A stretch of 64,000 nt of DNA, taken from the NCBI GenBank assembly GCA_002269645.1, contig NIVC01000920.1:124001-188000 (forward strand), in the 5' to 3' direction. A program made the translations under genes and the position numbers. Under the pieces are notes generated by a model. It did not search any database. It was not told the origin of the DNA and worked only from the letters and a program-made list of their open reading frames with translations. Position 1 is the first letter of the stretch, and each line of letters begins with the position of its first letter. Below, piece by piece: positions 33,901 through 46,264 of this stretch. Source of the stretch: Macrostomum lignano. Lineage: Eukaryota.

Positions 33901-34916
33901 AATTGGGCTAGATGTGCAACCGACAGCTCAGCCGCAGCTATTGCGCGGCGCATCTGAAGGCTGCGTACGGCTGTTCAGTCCAAGGACTGGGGGGTCGCCA
34001 CACGCACCCTCAATTACCCCAGCTAATGCTGGCACCTAGCAGAGCAAGTCCCAGGTTCGATTCCTAATTTATATTTATCTGGCTATCGTGCACAAAAATT
34101 CATTTGGGGCTTCCGCAATTCTCGCCACCAAGGGTCAACCCGGGCCATTAGGCACCCAGTGTACACTGTCTGTGCCTAACGAACAGAAATTGAGCGTGTG
34201 CCTGATTACTCATCCGTGCAAGTGTTCAGTGGTCAGTTAAAGGTGCATGATGACTGCTTTAATCGCTACAGAATGTAAAAAACAACAACTTACTTCCCGG
34301 CGCTCTCTTCGCTAAACGCATCAGCGGCAAAGTAAGACGCATTCTTTGGCTGTTTCTTTTCGGCAACGTACAGCAGATGTCCCTCATTGCAGGACCACTG
34401 GCACGCGCCCAGCTCGGGACCGTACACCGCCCCGTGCTTGGCTTTCTCGCTCAGATCGATGCTCTTAATAAAACGGGACTCATTGTAGACGTGGACTACG
34501 AATTTATCGGCATTGTCACTGCCGGACCCTTCAGCTTTGAGCTTGAGCAGCACGGCCCGATGGTCGCCCCCGCTGCAGTAGACATCCCACAGGGTGGTCG
34601 GATCCCGCAGTACAGGATCCGAGTCAACCAGATCTCCAGTTGGCAGTACAACGGCAGTTTTCACCAGCGTGCGATTCTTTTGACTAGCCAAATCTTGCAC
34701 CTGATAGACGCACCGAGTTCTGATGGCGTCACTGAATGGATATTGAGGCAGCAGCTGGGCAGACTGGGGCACTGGATAGGCGGCCAGGTTAGAATAGACC
34801 TGAGCCACCTCCTTGGCTGGCTTCACAGATGACGGCTTCATCATCAAGCTGAGTGATTGCGAACCTGCGACTTCTGCTTTTTGCGAGGCGAAAAGAACGG
34901 AAGAAAATCTGAGCAT
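30924..34916 (-). CDS. APEH: Acylamino-acid-releasing enzyme (acylpeptide hydrolase, peptidase S9C), 776 aa
   Basis: Exons 34916-34294, 33791-33323, 32587-32013 and 31587-30924 (2331 nt, in frame, GT-AG). Motifs PHGGP, NYRGSLGFG, nucleophile GGSHGG, GLKDLRVP (Asp) and DDCHP (His). Confidence 0.95.
31640..31985. repeat. 24-bp minisatellite (CACCCACCTCACTCCCTGCCCCGA)n in an APEH intron
   Basis: Tandem units read directly. Confidence 0.95.
32640..33290. repeat. 24-to-26-bp minisatellite (CTGATTACAG core) in an APEH intron
   Basis: Period is 24 at the left (32653 to 32677) and 26 at the right (32901 to 32927). Confidence 0.93.
33868..34250. mobile_element. Abutting SINE fragments: family A 3' half (-) and family B-like head and body (+)
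   Basis: 33868-34036 matches the family A tail; CAGGTTCGATTCC B-box at ~34052. Confidence 0.68.
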
Positions 34917-35001
34917 GAAAATTATAATATAGTTGTTTTGCTAGTTGAGACCAAATCAAGGGTAGGATAATAGAGGAAAAAACGCCTCTAAGGAGCAGGT
35001 T

Positions 35002-35230
35002 CTAACTAAATCCACTGATGGGGAGGGGATTATAACTAAATCCACTGATGGGGAGGGGATTATAACTAAATCCACTGATGGGGAGGGGATTATAACTAAA
35101 TCCACTGATGGGGAGGGGATTATAACTAAATCCACTGATGGGGAGGGGATTATAACTAAATCCACCGATGGGGAGGGGATTATAACTAAATCCACTGATG
35201 GGGAGGGGATTATAACTAAATCCACTGATA
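35002..35230. repeat. 30-bp minisatellite just upstream of APEH
   Basis: (TCCACTGATGGGGAGGGGATTATAACTAAA) x ~7.5. Confidence 0.96.
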
Positions 35231-35929
35231 AGGGTGTAGAATCAAAAAAATAATATCTTGTAAGAGTCGAGAGTGTAAAAAAGTTAACGGAATTAGTTTT
35301 ACTTTGGAAGTGCGATGAATGTAGCTTTAAGTCAGGTTTATTTACGAATACCAAACATGGAGCTTTGAGAAATAAAGAAATTAATTTTATCTACTATTTT
35401 AGTCTCAATATAACTTTGATCAACAAAACTGATTTTCGAGAGAGGTTTGAAAACTCTATTGTTGAATAAAAAAGCAGCAGTACCAGTTATTTTACAACAG
35501 GTGCATCGAGAAAATGCACATCTTAACAACAGACTGCTCAATATGAAAATGCAGTTTTGAGACTATAAAATAGAACAAAAATAAAATAACAGGGCACTGT
35601 TTGACTTGGCCTTTTGATGAAAACTAAAGCACATTATTTCTGGCGTGAACTCGCCAAACGGGGAAGAAAGAACACAATTTGAATACAATATTCGGCACCA
35701 CAGCTGCAACTTGACGTGTGCCCAGAGTTTTAAGTGCCAATGTTATCGCGCTCTGTGGAAAAATATCATGACAGTAAAATTTTCTGGCTAGTAGTCTGCC
35801 AGATAATAGTTTGGTTCAGTCTCAATTCGATAAAAAGCAGTAACGCAAACAAGCTATCAATGCTGCATCATTTAAAAACAAAACACCACAGTATAACAGC
35901 AAACTGACGTGGCGTACGCTAGCAATTCA

Positions 35930-36060
35930 CGATCAGCGACGAGCGAAGTCACCAATGCGACACTGCATCGACTTCGCTGGCGAACCCAGCTAGCAGGCCA
36001 CATCATCCGCGCTGAGTCGTACTGCTCACAACCGGCGCAAGAGGTGCTACTACTAGCAAA
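35930..36060 (+). mobile_element. Degenerate RTE-like LINE 3' fragment
   Basis: QLAGHIIRAESYCSQPAQEVLLL; homologous to 3590-3760. Confidence 0.45.
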
Positions 36061-36283
36061 CAGTAAATTACGCTTATAGATATGCAGTTAAGAAAAAATT
36101 CAATACAATACGGAGAAAAAACGAATCCTGGTGATAGTTAATGTAGATTAAGAGACACTTCGATTATATAGACTAATTGTTTACTGATTTCTATTGCTAA
36201 TATTGCTAATATGCTGTACCTTAATATAATATGCATTAACACAAAAAATATACATTAAAAAATATGGCACAATTTTCTTTATA

Positions 36284-37645
36284 AAAGGGTGACCAAAAAT
36301 TTCTGCAACCTACTCTTCTGTACAGTCGTTTTGACTGCATCAAATGGAATTCGAATTCTACACACCGATGGTTAATTTTGTTATTAACTTGTGTGTCGAG
36401 CGTTGTTCAGATTCATGGATTAGTTTTAGTGTGGCTGAACTCCGACTATTTACAGTTTTCAGCTTCTGCATGGAACCTTCCAAAGACCCATATTCGCTTC
36501 TTATCTTTATGCGTATGCAGCTGGGCCAAAGAGCTGTGGACATCCAGGCCAATTTGGCTTCAGTCTTTTTCCTGAATCTGCACCGTCTTTTAACACCGTC
36601 GGGCGCTGGTTGCGCCACTTTTCCGACGGTCAATTGAGCGTCCAAGACAAGACCCTGTCTGGGCGACATTGAACATCCTTCATTGTGCGCGAGGATCAAA
36701 GCGTGACGCTGAGATTCCTTGCCTATGAGTTCGGTTTGAGCTATGGTAGCGCCCACAACATCATGCATGAGCAGCTTGGCCGCACAAAGACCTGCGCGTG
36801 TGCGCATTTGCTGACTGTGGCTGCAGATTTTCGAACCCAATGGCCCCAGAAGGTTGCCTGATGTCGTGACAGACGACAAATGGTGGATTTTCTTCTTCAC
36901 AATGAAGGACAAGCAGCCCAATGGGGTGTGGTTGACCAAAGATGAGCCCAGGCCTGAGATCGTGAAGATCAGTTTCAGAAGCAGGAAGAGGATGTTCGCC
37001 ATTTTCTTGAACTCTCAGGGTGTTGTGGCAGTGGGCATCCTTCCTGAGGGCAGCGCTGTGACTGCTAAGTATTACACCGAAACGATGCTGCCGGATGTGC
37101 TGCAGGAGAGGCGGCAGCAGGCAAGAACTTGGCATGTTGCCAGGCTGCTGCTGCACCACGACAATGCGGTATCGTACTGCTGCTGCAACTCAGGCATTTC
37201 TGGAGCAGCAGAGGGTTTCATTTGCTGCCCCACTAACTCTACTAGCCAGACCTCGCCCCCTGCACATTTTGGCTCTTCCAGAAGCTGAAGTCCGCAAGTT
37301 CTGGGAAGCCGTTTTCGCGCATTCAAGACCTGGCTCGAACGGTCAAAGCAGAACTGGAGAGGCTGCCCACATCGGAGTGCATACATGCGCAACCCTGGGA
37401 ATCACTCGGCTGTTTCTACTGGCAACTCACACATGTAAGTCGCTATTGGCTGAGAGCAGTCACCCCTAGGTTGCGCCCAAGCATGTCGGAGTGCCTCAGC
37501 TGCTTTCAGGTTTGGTGGATACAGCTGCAGCGATGCATAGAAGCATATTTCCCCTCATGAGGGGAAATACTTTTTGTGCAAAACTTTTTTCCTGGACATT
37601 TTAATTTTAGAAAAGTCACTTGCAGAACTTTTTGATCACCCCTTG
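36284..37645 (+). mobile_element. Full-length (~1.36 kb) decayed mariner transposon
   Basis: TIRs AAGGGTGACCAAAAATTTCTGCAA and TTGCAGAACTTTTTGATCACCCCTT, with TA on the left. Broken transposase with VVTDDKWW, LLHHDNA and PDLAPC remnants (mariner VTGDETW, HDNA, YSPDLAP motifs). Confidence 0.92.
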
Positions 37646-37663
37646 CATTTGCATTTGTTTTGT

Positions 37664-38785
37664 CTAACGATGTCGTTGCCGTTGACTGCAGTTAGTCGGA
37701 CCTGGCTGTTTCAGCATGCTGCGAAATCTTTTATGCTTCGCACGCGACAGATTTGGATATTTTGAAGGTCCCAGTTGCCAGCGTGGATCGAACCTTCGTT
37801 GATGCTTTTTTTGACCGCAGTGCTCAAATGTTGCTAGCAGAAATTTTTTAGCTAGAATCGGGCATGGCCGCTCAGGAGGCGCCTGCGTATCAGGTAGAGA
37901 CGGCAGTAATTCTTGAGCGACAATTGGCCCTGACCGCTCAGGAGGCGCCTGTGCATCGGGTAGAGACGGCAGTAATTCTCGAGCGACAATTGGCCCTGAC
38001 CGCTCAGGAGGCGCCTGTGCATCGGGTAGAGACGGCAGTAATTCTCGAGCGACAATTGGCCCTGACCGCTCAGGAGGCGCCTGTGCATCGGGTAGAGACG
38101 GCAGTAATTCTCGAGCGACAATTGGCCCTGACCGCTCAGGAGGCGCCTGTGCATCGGGTAGAGACGGCAGTAATTCTCGAGCGACAATTGGCCCTGACCG
38201 CTCAGGAGGCGCCTGTGCATCGGGTAGAGACGGCAGTAATTCTCGAGCGACAATTGGCCCTGACCGCTCAGGAGGCGCCTGTGCATCGGGTAGAGACGGC
38301 AGTAATTCTCGAGCGACAATTGGCCCTGACCGCTCAGGAGGCGCCTGTGCATCGGGTAGAGACGGCAGTAATTCTCGAGCGACAATTGGCCCTGACCGCT
38401 CAGGAGGCGCCTGCGTATCAGGTAGAGACGGCAGTAATTCTCGAGCGACAATTGGCCCTGACCGCTCAGGAGGCGCCTGCGTATCAGGTAGAGACGGCAG
38501 TAATTCTTGAGCGACAATTGGCCCTGACCGCTCAGGAGGCGCCTGTGCATCGGGTAGCTGCTGCTCAGAGGGCCAATCGTACTCAGACACAGCGTCCAAG
38601 GCTTCTATAGAAAAAAGTAGCCAGAGCGAAAATGGGTACAGAGACAGCCAATTGTACTCAGACACAGTATCCAAGACTTCTGTAGATAGAGATAGCCAGG
38701 GTTCCTGTGGCCATGGGTACAGAAGCGGGTCTTCCTCCGACTCCAACAATATTGGAGGATCTTCATCAGCAGGCTGGTCGGCCAT
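37664..38785 (-). CDS. Intronless orphan ORF (373 aa): acidic N-terminus, ~10.5 x 22-aa Pro-rich repeat, basic C-terminus
   Basis: The frame stays open through ~75 aa of non-repeat sequence before and ~66 aa after the 66-bp array. TTTCTTTTCAG acceptor 2 nt upstream of the ATG at 38785. Confidence 0.5.
   Translation of the reverse strand: MADQPADEDPPILLESEEDPLLYPWPQEPWLSLSTEVLDTVSEYNWLSLYPFSLWLLFSIEALDAVSEYDWPSEQQLPDAQAPPERSGPIVAQELLPSLPDTQAPPERSGPIVARELLPSLPDTQAPPERSGPIVARELLPSLPDAQAPPERSGPIVARELLPSLPDAQAPPERSGPIVARELLPSLPDAQAPPERSGPIVARELLPSLPDAQAPPERSGPIVARELLPSLPDAQAPPERSGPIVARELLPSLPDAQAPPERSGPIVARELLPSLPDAQAPPERSGPIVAQELLPSLPDTQAPPERPCPILAKKFLLATFEHCGQKKHQRRFDPRWQLGPSKYPNLSRAKHKRFRSMLKQPGPTNCSQRQRHR
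37868..38560. repeat. 66-bp tandem repeat, ~10.5 copies
   Basis: CCGCTCAGGAGG recurs at 37868, 37934 and onward. Confidence 0.97.
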
Positions 38786-40650
38786 GTCTGAAAAGAAATG
38801 GTAAACAAACCATACTTGCATTTCTTAGTTATTCCATTACTTTTATGCTCCAGAAGCTATATGAGATCATCTTTGCGATTGGGATTAATATTCAAGTTTA
38901 CACACTGTTTCCATAAAAAGGCTCAACTTAGGATAAATAAGTTTTCTATTGCTTGATTTTTTTAACACTGCAAAACCTAGCAATAGTTGGTTTACTCAAT
39001 GATAGTGAAGTCACAGCTGAACTTCTAGACTATAAATGTTCTGCCACTTGTCTAATATTATAGGCCAATATATTGAACCAGTTAAAAGTTAAGGCAATTG
39101 GTGATATACAATATAGATTAGGGATAATATGAACAAACATATCTTGATGCTGCATTTTTTATACCTAACAATCATACTTTGCACATTCAGTCCAGAGTGG
39201 GGAACAATTAAGTTTAAATTTAGAGTCACTTATTATAATTATTAATCATATATTTTTGATATTATATAATGATATATAGGTGCCAGTCATTTTATTGAAT
39301 ACCTGTTTGTCAAATGCAGTTTGTCATAATATTTGTTTCCATATCCAATTTCCAATTGGTGTCCATACCTAATGCATAAGTCATTTCTGGCCTATTGGCT
39401 TTTAGGTGGCAGCTAAATATCAATATATTATTGTTTAAGTAATTTATTATAAAGTTTAATTATTCTAACAAGGTTATTTTTTCTTAAGTAAAATAGTGGG
39501 TTAGCATTCAGTAAATAGGTGGCCAAAACATTAGTTGTAGGCTAGAATCATAGTGCCACTATAATAGCCATTATTTTTGTAAAACTTTACAATAAAGCTA
39601 CAATAAGTTACAAAAAAGTCAAGTAAAACTCTACAAATTGAAAAATCTCAGTTAGCTAAGTATTCATCTATCTAGTCCTTATGAATTATTAGGATTAGAA
39701 AGGCAGAGCCTAACAAAGCTGCCTCCTAAATTGATACTCAAAGGTAGCATCAACTACCATAGAGGTCAGTAGCAATGTTCCAATAAAAGCTTGTAGCAAA
39801 TTGCTAACATGATCCAGTGCTAGCAAGGAGTGGCAGCTTAGGCAAAAGTACTTATTTACCAAAATAAGTACAATGAACTAAGATCTGATAGTATTTGACT
39901 AACTGTCTTGACCTAGCAAACTTCAATTGACAAAATTTACAAACCTAAGTGGCAACTTATCTAGCTATCAATCTTTTAGTGCAAGCCTTTGGCTAGAGAA
40001 TTTCATGATTTCTGTTCTCTCTGTATTTTTTACAGGGTTCTATTTTCTTTTTTGTGTCCTACACTTTATCTTCTTTTACTTTTTGCATTTGATTTTTTAG
40101 AAAGACATATGAAGTAATAAAGCATGAACCCATTCAATATTAATGACATGGCCATTGGCACTCTATAAGATTTATTGACATGGCTGCTGTCTTTGTATAA
40201 AACATTTTATATTGAAGGAAGGCCCCACAGTACAAACATGGCCACCATGTCTAGAACCTTTAATATTATAGACATATTGGCCTCCATAGTCAGGATCATG
40301 TCAACTGTGTGCCAAAACATTTTTTAAATAAAAAAGATGTGTGCGCCATTCGCATAAAGAGATTTACCTTGTGCCAAATTTTAGTCAATTTTCTATACAC
40401 ACTAAATATACTTTTTTGATATAACTAATTTTTAAGACATAGCTAAAGTATAAGAAAATTAAAATAACATAGACAATAAAACAATTTAAAATAAAAATAT
40501 TTCATTCAAGTAATAAAAATGTTTTAAAATATGAAAGTTTTATCCTTAAAATTGATCTAATAGAGTTTTAATTTAAATATACATGTTTTAATCTTTTTAT
40601 ATTAAATATGCTGCATTCTAAACACTATGCAGCCTGCTCTATATTGCACT

Positions 40651-40920
40651 CATACATGCGCAACAGTCGGCCGAGTCGGCCGATCTGGCTGACCGATTTG
40701 GCGACCAACCAAGGAAGTCGCAAAAATGCCCACCCGAAAACACCCAGTAGTAGTACTAAGTAGCTGACGAGGCATTTTGGCTTAATAAGAAAGTCATAGT
40801 TACTCCTGCCATTTACCCAAAGTTGCGTTAATTTTGCTTTCATTTTTTTTCCAAGCAAGTCGCATTTTTGTTAAAACTTAGTCGCACGGCCGACCGAATT
40901 TTGGAGGTTGCGCATGTATG
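40651..40920. mobile_element. hAT-type MITE (270 bp), young copy
   Basis: 14-bp TIR CATACATGCGCAAC/GTTGCGCATGTATG; 8-bp TSD ATTGCACT at 40643-40650 and 40921-40928. Confidence 0.92.
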
Positions 40921-41789
40921 ATTGCACTGTGCATTGCAAACTGCACTGCTTGCGCTGATGTATTGAACTGAAAAGGCTTCTATACACTGGAATTTTCTAG
41001 GCAAAAGAGGACATCATCCTAAGTGTGGAGTGGCCTAGCTGTGTCTATAAATATAGAGCTAGTCTTTATTAGAGACATGGCCACTATTACTATCAGTTTT
41101 TGCATTATAGACATGGCTGCTATGTCTTTAAGAGTAAGAGTAGTATTAATAATAGGTACCCAATGGTTCATTCCTAGCTATGATATAGAATATTTCATTA
41201 AATTATTTTTTATTTGAATTTGAATCTTTTCTTATTTTCCTTCCTTCCTTTCTATATACTAAAAATGAGTTGTCTTTGGGTATACAATAGATTTTAAAAA
41301 ATGGCTCAAGCTCAAGTTTTCTTCTAACTTGCACCATTTGATCAGAAATTTTTCTGGGATGGCACATGCATGCTGGCTAAGAAATTGCTCAATGTTGAAG
41401 GGATTAAATATTCAAAAAACATGCTTTTTTGCAAAGGTCAAGCAAAATTTTTGACTTTAAATGCATTGTAAGAATGCTAGAGAAAAAACTGACTGACTGA
41501 ATTTATATTCTGATAAAGATTGCATTATAACAAGCTGAAAACAGTGCCAAAGAAATGCATATACAACTTGATAGAGCCACCATGTCAAACATTAAAGAGC
41601 TACCATGTCAAACATATACATGACTCCATGTCAAACATTAAAGAGCCACTATGTCAAACATAAAAGAGCCACCATGTCAAGCATAAAAGAGCTACCACAT
41701 CAAACATAACATCATTTCAAACGTAAAAAGAAGCATCATGGCAAATATAAAGAAGCCACTATAAAGCTAAGGAAATTGTTGCACTAGCT

Positions 41790-42427
41790 ACTTGCTATCT
41801 GATTGATGCTTGCTATTAGGGAGATGCTTGCTATTGGAAGGATTCTTGCTATCTGGGATAACTTGCTATTGGGGGATGCTTGCTCTTGGGAGGTAGAGGG
41901 TACTTGCTATCTGAGAGGGGGTTGCAGGCTATCTATAAGGATTCTTTGTATCTAGGGATGCTTGCTATCTAGGGTTGCTTGCTATTGGGAGATGCTTGCT
42001 ATCTGGGGTTGCTTATTATTGAGGGATACTTGCAATTTAATGGATGTTTGCTATCTGGGGGATGCTTGCTGCCTAGGATATGCTTGCTATTTGGAGGATG
42101 CTTGCTATCTGGGGTATGCTTGTTGTCTGGGGACTAGGGATGCTTGCTATTTGGGGGATGCTTGCTATCTGGGAGATGCTTGCTATCTGGGAGATGCTTG
42201 CTATCTAGGGGATACTTGCTATCTGGGGTATGCTTGCTATCTGGGGGATGCTTGCATGCTATCTGGGGATGCTTGCTATTGGGGATGCTTGATATTAGGG
42301 AGGCAAGAGGCTTTTTAGAGGGAATGTCTGTTGTCTTTATGAAGGCTCTATTTTGCTATCTTTTTGTTACTTGTAAAGAATAGAGATTCTATCCAGATGT
42401 CCCCCATTGGGAGGCAAAGATTGCTAG
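41790..42427 (+). mobile_element. Helitron-like element with degenerate 18-bp minisatellite (same family as 18436-19050)
   Basis: GATGCTTGCTATCTGGG units; ends with hairpin GTCCCCCATTGGGAGGC followed by AAAGATTGCTAG|T. Confidence 0.65.
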
Positions 42428-43419
42428 TTAGAGTTCAAAAATATGAAACAAATTAACAAATTAACAGTTTTATGTATAGTGGTATGCAATGAATGCACTT
42501 TAAAGGCCCCCTTGCATTATCATAGCTTTTTGACCATAGACATTTTCATGCTTTGAGCATGTAAAAATAATACTATTTTAAGAATTCTTGATATATCAGT
42601 ACAAAAATTTAAATGTTATAGAGATTTGTCATAGATAAATTAGGCTTACCTAGTTGCACTATTGCCAAACATTAAAATAATACCCTCATGTCATAAAGTG
42701 GCCATTGACTAGGCCTATAGCAGACAATTTTGTACTAGTATATATTATTTTATTATATTGTTAATTTGTTTCTTTTTATATTTTGGACTCTAAAAATAGA
42801 TAACCAAATTCAAGTAAAAAAAATTAAAGAACAATTTTATAGGTCAAGGTATACTTCATATATCAAGCATGCAACACAAAAAACTGACCAAGAAAGGCAT
42901 ATAGAATAGAGGATTATTTGTCAGAATAGCGCCAGGGTCAGGATTATATACTGCTATATACCATAACAAAAATTGTCTCCATAGCTCATTTATGCCAATG
43001 TATGCCAACAAACTTTATTATTGCATATAAAAATATGCCAAAATAAAAATGACAAATTATGACCAATATTAACAGCTTGCAGAATTTTAATATTTAAAAA
43101 ATTAATAATGTGGTTAAACTGGTAATGGTAAATTTTTTACTAAACTATATAAGATTAGTTCATTTTAACTATATTTGTTTTACTTTTAATTTCTTAGAAA
43201 AGTTAAACCCAGTTTTTTATTTTAGTTTTCCACAAGTGAAATTCTTCTTTTGGAGGAGAAAGGGGAAGAACTCCCATCACTGGAATTCCATTCCCTAAAA
43301 TTCCATGCCTTGAACCCCATTTTTCAATTTTTTTCTAAATTATTTACAAAACCTTTCAAATACCATAGTCTATATATTGTTTTCCATGTTTGCAAAAACT
43401 TACTGCCATTGTCCAGACT

Positions 43420-44070
43420 GTCGTGTCTCCTCTCTCCTCTCTGTGCTCTTATCATTACTCTCTTCTCTCATCTCTACTCTCTTATTTATCTCTTCCCCAT
43501 CGTCTTTTGTCTGTACCCTCTCCTATCTCCTCTCTCCTGTCTCTTCTCTTCTCTCTTTTTTCTCTTTTCCATTCTCTCTTCTCTCCTCTCCTCACTACTT
43601 TCTTGTCTTAACTCTCTTATCTCTGATCTTTTATCTCTCTCCTCTCTCCTTCTCTCCCTTCTCCTTTCACTTCTCTTTCCTCTCTTGCTCCTCTCATCTC
43701 TACTACCTTATTTATCTCTTCTCCCTGGTCTTTCATCTCTTACTCCCTACTGTCTCTTTTCTTCCCTCTTTTCTTATCTCTCCTCTCCTCTCCTCTACTC
43801 TACTCTCTCATCCCTCATCTCACTCTTCTTTCTCCTCTATTCTCTCCTCTTTTCTATTTCCTCTGTATGCTCTTTTCCTCCCTCTCTTCTCTCCTGTCTC
43901 CCTCTGCTATCTCATATCTCCCTCTCATCTTCTCTGTCCTCTTCTCTTTTCTCTCCCTCTTTATTCCCACCTTACTATCCTCTTTTCTTCCATTTATCAT
44001 CTCTAATCTCTCCTCTCTCATATCTACTCTTTTCTTCTAGCATCTTTCTTCTGTTTACTCTCTTTTCTGA
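43420..44070. repeat. Degenerate CT-rich low-complexity tract
   Basis: Almost entirely pyrimidine on the + strand. Confidence 0.93.
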
Positions 44071-44376
44071 CTGACTGAAGGTGCCAAATCTATCAAAATC
44101 CTCTCCTTGAAATAGAAATCTATCACAATCCTCTCCGTGAAACAGAAATCCATTAAAATTCTCTCCGTAAAACAGAACTTTATCTAATTCTTCTTATGAA
44201 TAAACTGAATTCCATTAAAATCCTCTCTGTTTAACAACAATCTATCAATACCATCTCTGTCAAGCTGCAATTCATTAATTTAATTATGATAAACAATATC
44301 TCCCTGAAATTGCATTGAAGCAGTCCATTGAGACTGCTTTCCATACTTAAAATATTCAAGTTAGAGGCATCAGTGG

Positions 44377-44400
44377 TTAGGGTTAGGGTTAGGGTTAGGG
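44377..44400 (+). repeat. Interstitial telomeric repeat (TTAGGG)4
   Basis: GG-TTAGGG x4-TTA read directly. Confidence 0.85.
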
Positions 44401-44814
44401 TTAACATTATTTTATCATTTTTTTCATTTTATTGCTATCCATAGCCTCTTTACTAGGCAATCACTGTGTACACTGAGCTCTATTGCCGCCACCCCCAACA
44501 TGGGGGTTTTAATTGAATTTTACTTAGAACATATGTCAGAAAGTTAAAAGAATGATTTTTCTTAAATGCTGTGCTTTTTTCATGTTTAAAGCAAGAAACT
44601 TATATACCCAAACTCTGCATTGCAAGCTCTTTCTAGCAATATAAGTCTCTCATCTTAAAGTTTAAAACTTGAATAACAGTTAGCATTTAAAATTTACCAA
44701 TTTCCAAATTGCTTGCCTGAGAGGCTTGCAAGTTTGTTCATTGAATTTCACTGCCCAGCTAATATACGGGGCCAATAATAAAACCAATTGAATCTTGACA
44801 CAGTCTTATCTAGC

Positions 44815-45108
44815 CATATATATGCAACAGTTGGCCAAGTCAGCCAATCTGGCTGACCAATTTGGCGACCAACCAAGGTAAGTGGCAAAAATTCCACCCA
44901 AATTAATACCAAAATAGTACTAAGTAGATGACAAGGCATTTTGCCTTAATAAAACCGTCTTAGTTACTCCTACCATTTATTCAAAGTAATGCTAACTTTG
45001 GTTTAGGGCTTCTTTTATATGTAAGTTGCATTTTTGGCCAAAAACTGTCACATTTTTGTTAAAACTAAGTTGCATGGCCGACTGAATTTTGGAGGTTGCA
45101 CATGTATG
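44815..45108. mobile_element. hAT-type MITE, second CpG-eroded copy
   Basis: Collinear with 40651-40920; 8-bp TSD TATCTAGC at 44807-44814 and 45109-45116. Confidence 0.9.
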
Positions 45109-46264
45109 TATCTAGCTGCTTACACTATACAACTGCTATGTACACTCAGCCTAAGCCTCCTGCCTATTCTGGGGGAATCATTAAATTTAATTGCCCCTCA
45201 ACATGGGGGTTATTTGCCTTGAACACAGAATATGTATACCCACACCCCCCCCCCAATACACAATGACCTGTGGGCAGAGGTTGCAGTGGCTATTTTTACA
45301 GACTGCAACCTTTCCACTGGAGAGGCAGAGTGGCCACAGAAGGGCCAAAGAAGGTTAAAAGCTGTTTTCTGCTTTTTTAGGGATTTTAAAATGTGAAAAT
45401 TGAAAATTAAAATAGCCTATAGCCTCTTCCAGAAAATTTGCAGTTTTCCTATATCAGTTTCGATGCTGAGTTGCCAGTAGTCTAAGATAAAAGTTGCAAC
45501 AAACAAACAGACAAACAACACATCAGTTTTAGTATTAGGAAAGATTTTTTTATAAAAAAGGCATTATAAAGGGCCAGCTATTCTTTCTTATCAGAATTTA
45601 GCTAGGCCTAATATAACTATATACATGGAGATTATTCCAAATTTAAACTTTATCATTTTTGTATGCTAATTGTATAGGGCGAAATCCAAAAACGTGGGAT
45701 AAAACGGTAAAACAAATCTGCGGACATTCGATGGAAAGTAATGTATCTAAAAAAGGTTTTTGAAAGATAGATATGTCTTTAGAAAATAGTTCTGGATAAA
45801 AACTATTGTTTTCATGCTTTGTATTGTTGAATAAATAAGAAAAAACCACAAAAAAGCATTTTGAAAGTCCGAGTTGACCGATTTGCAATTTTTTGTTTCA
45901 CTTTTTTTCATTATTAAACAATTAATTTTAAGACTTGTAGGCCTTAGAGAAGGCTAATTTTTTTACTAATTACAAAACAGAAAGTAATCTGTGTTTTACT
46001 TTTTATTCAATTCAAAAAGATGAAGTATTTCTAAGGATTTCAAAGTTTTTCTAAAACCATATAAACTCGCAAAAATTCATACTAATATAAAGTGCAAAGT
46101 TTGCCAGCAAACATCTTTTTCTAAAAGTAAATATATCGCTAATTCCTTGTTGCAAAATAATCTTTAAGTTGTTTTCTTTCATTTAAATATCAACTTATTT
46201 GTAATAGTATTTGTAATATGCCTATATTTAGACTTAAAAATTTTGGGTAAAAAATGGTACCACA

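Noticed and set aside
43250-44074. 274-aa Leu/Ser-rich 'membrane protein'
   Set aside because: Translation of a CT-rich low-complexity tract.
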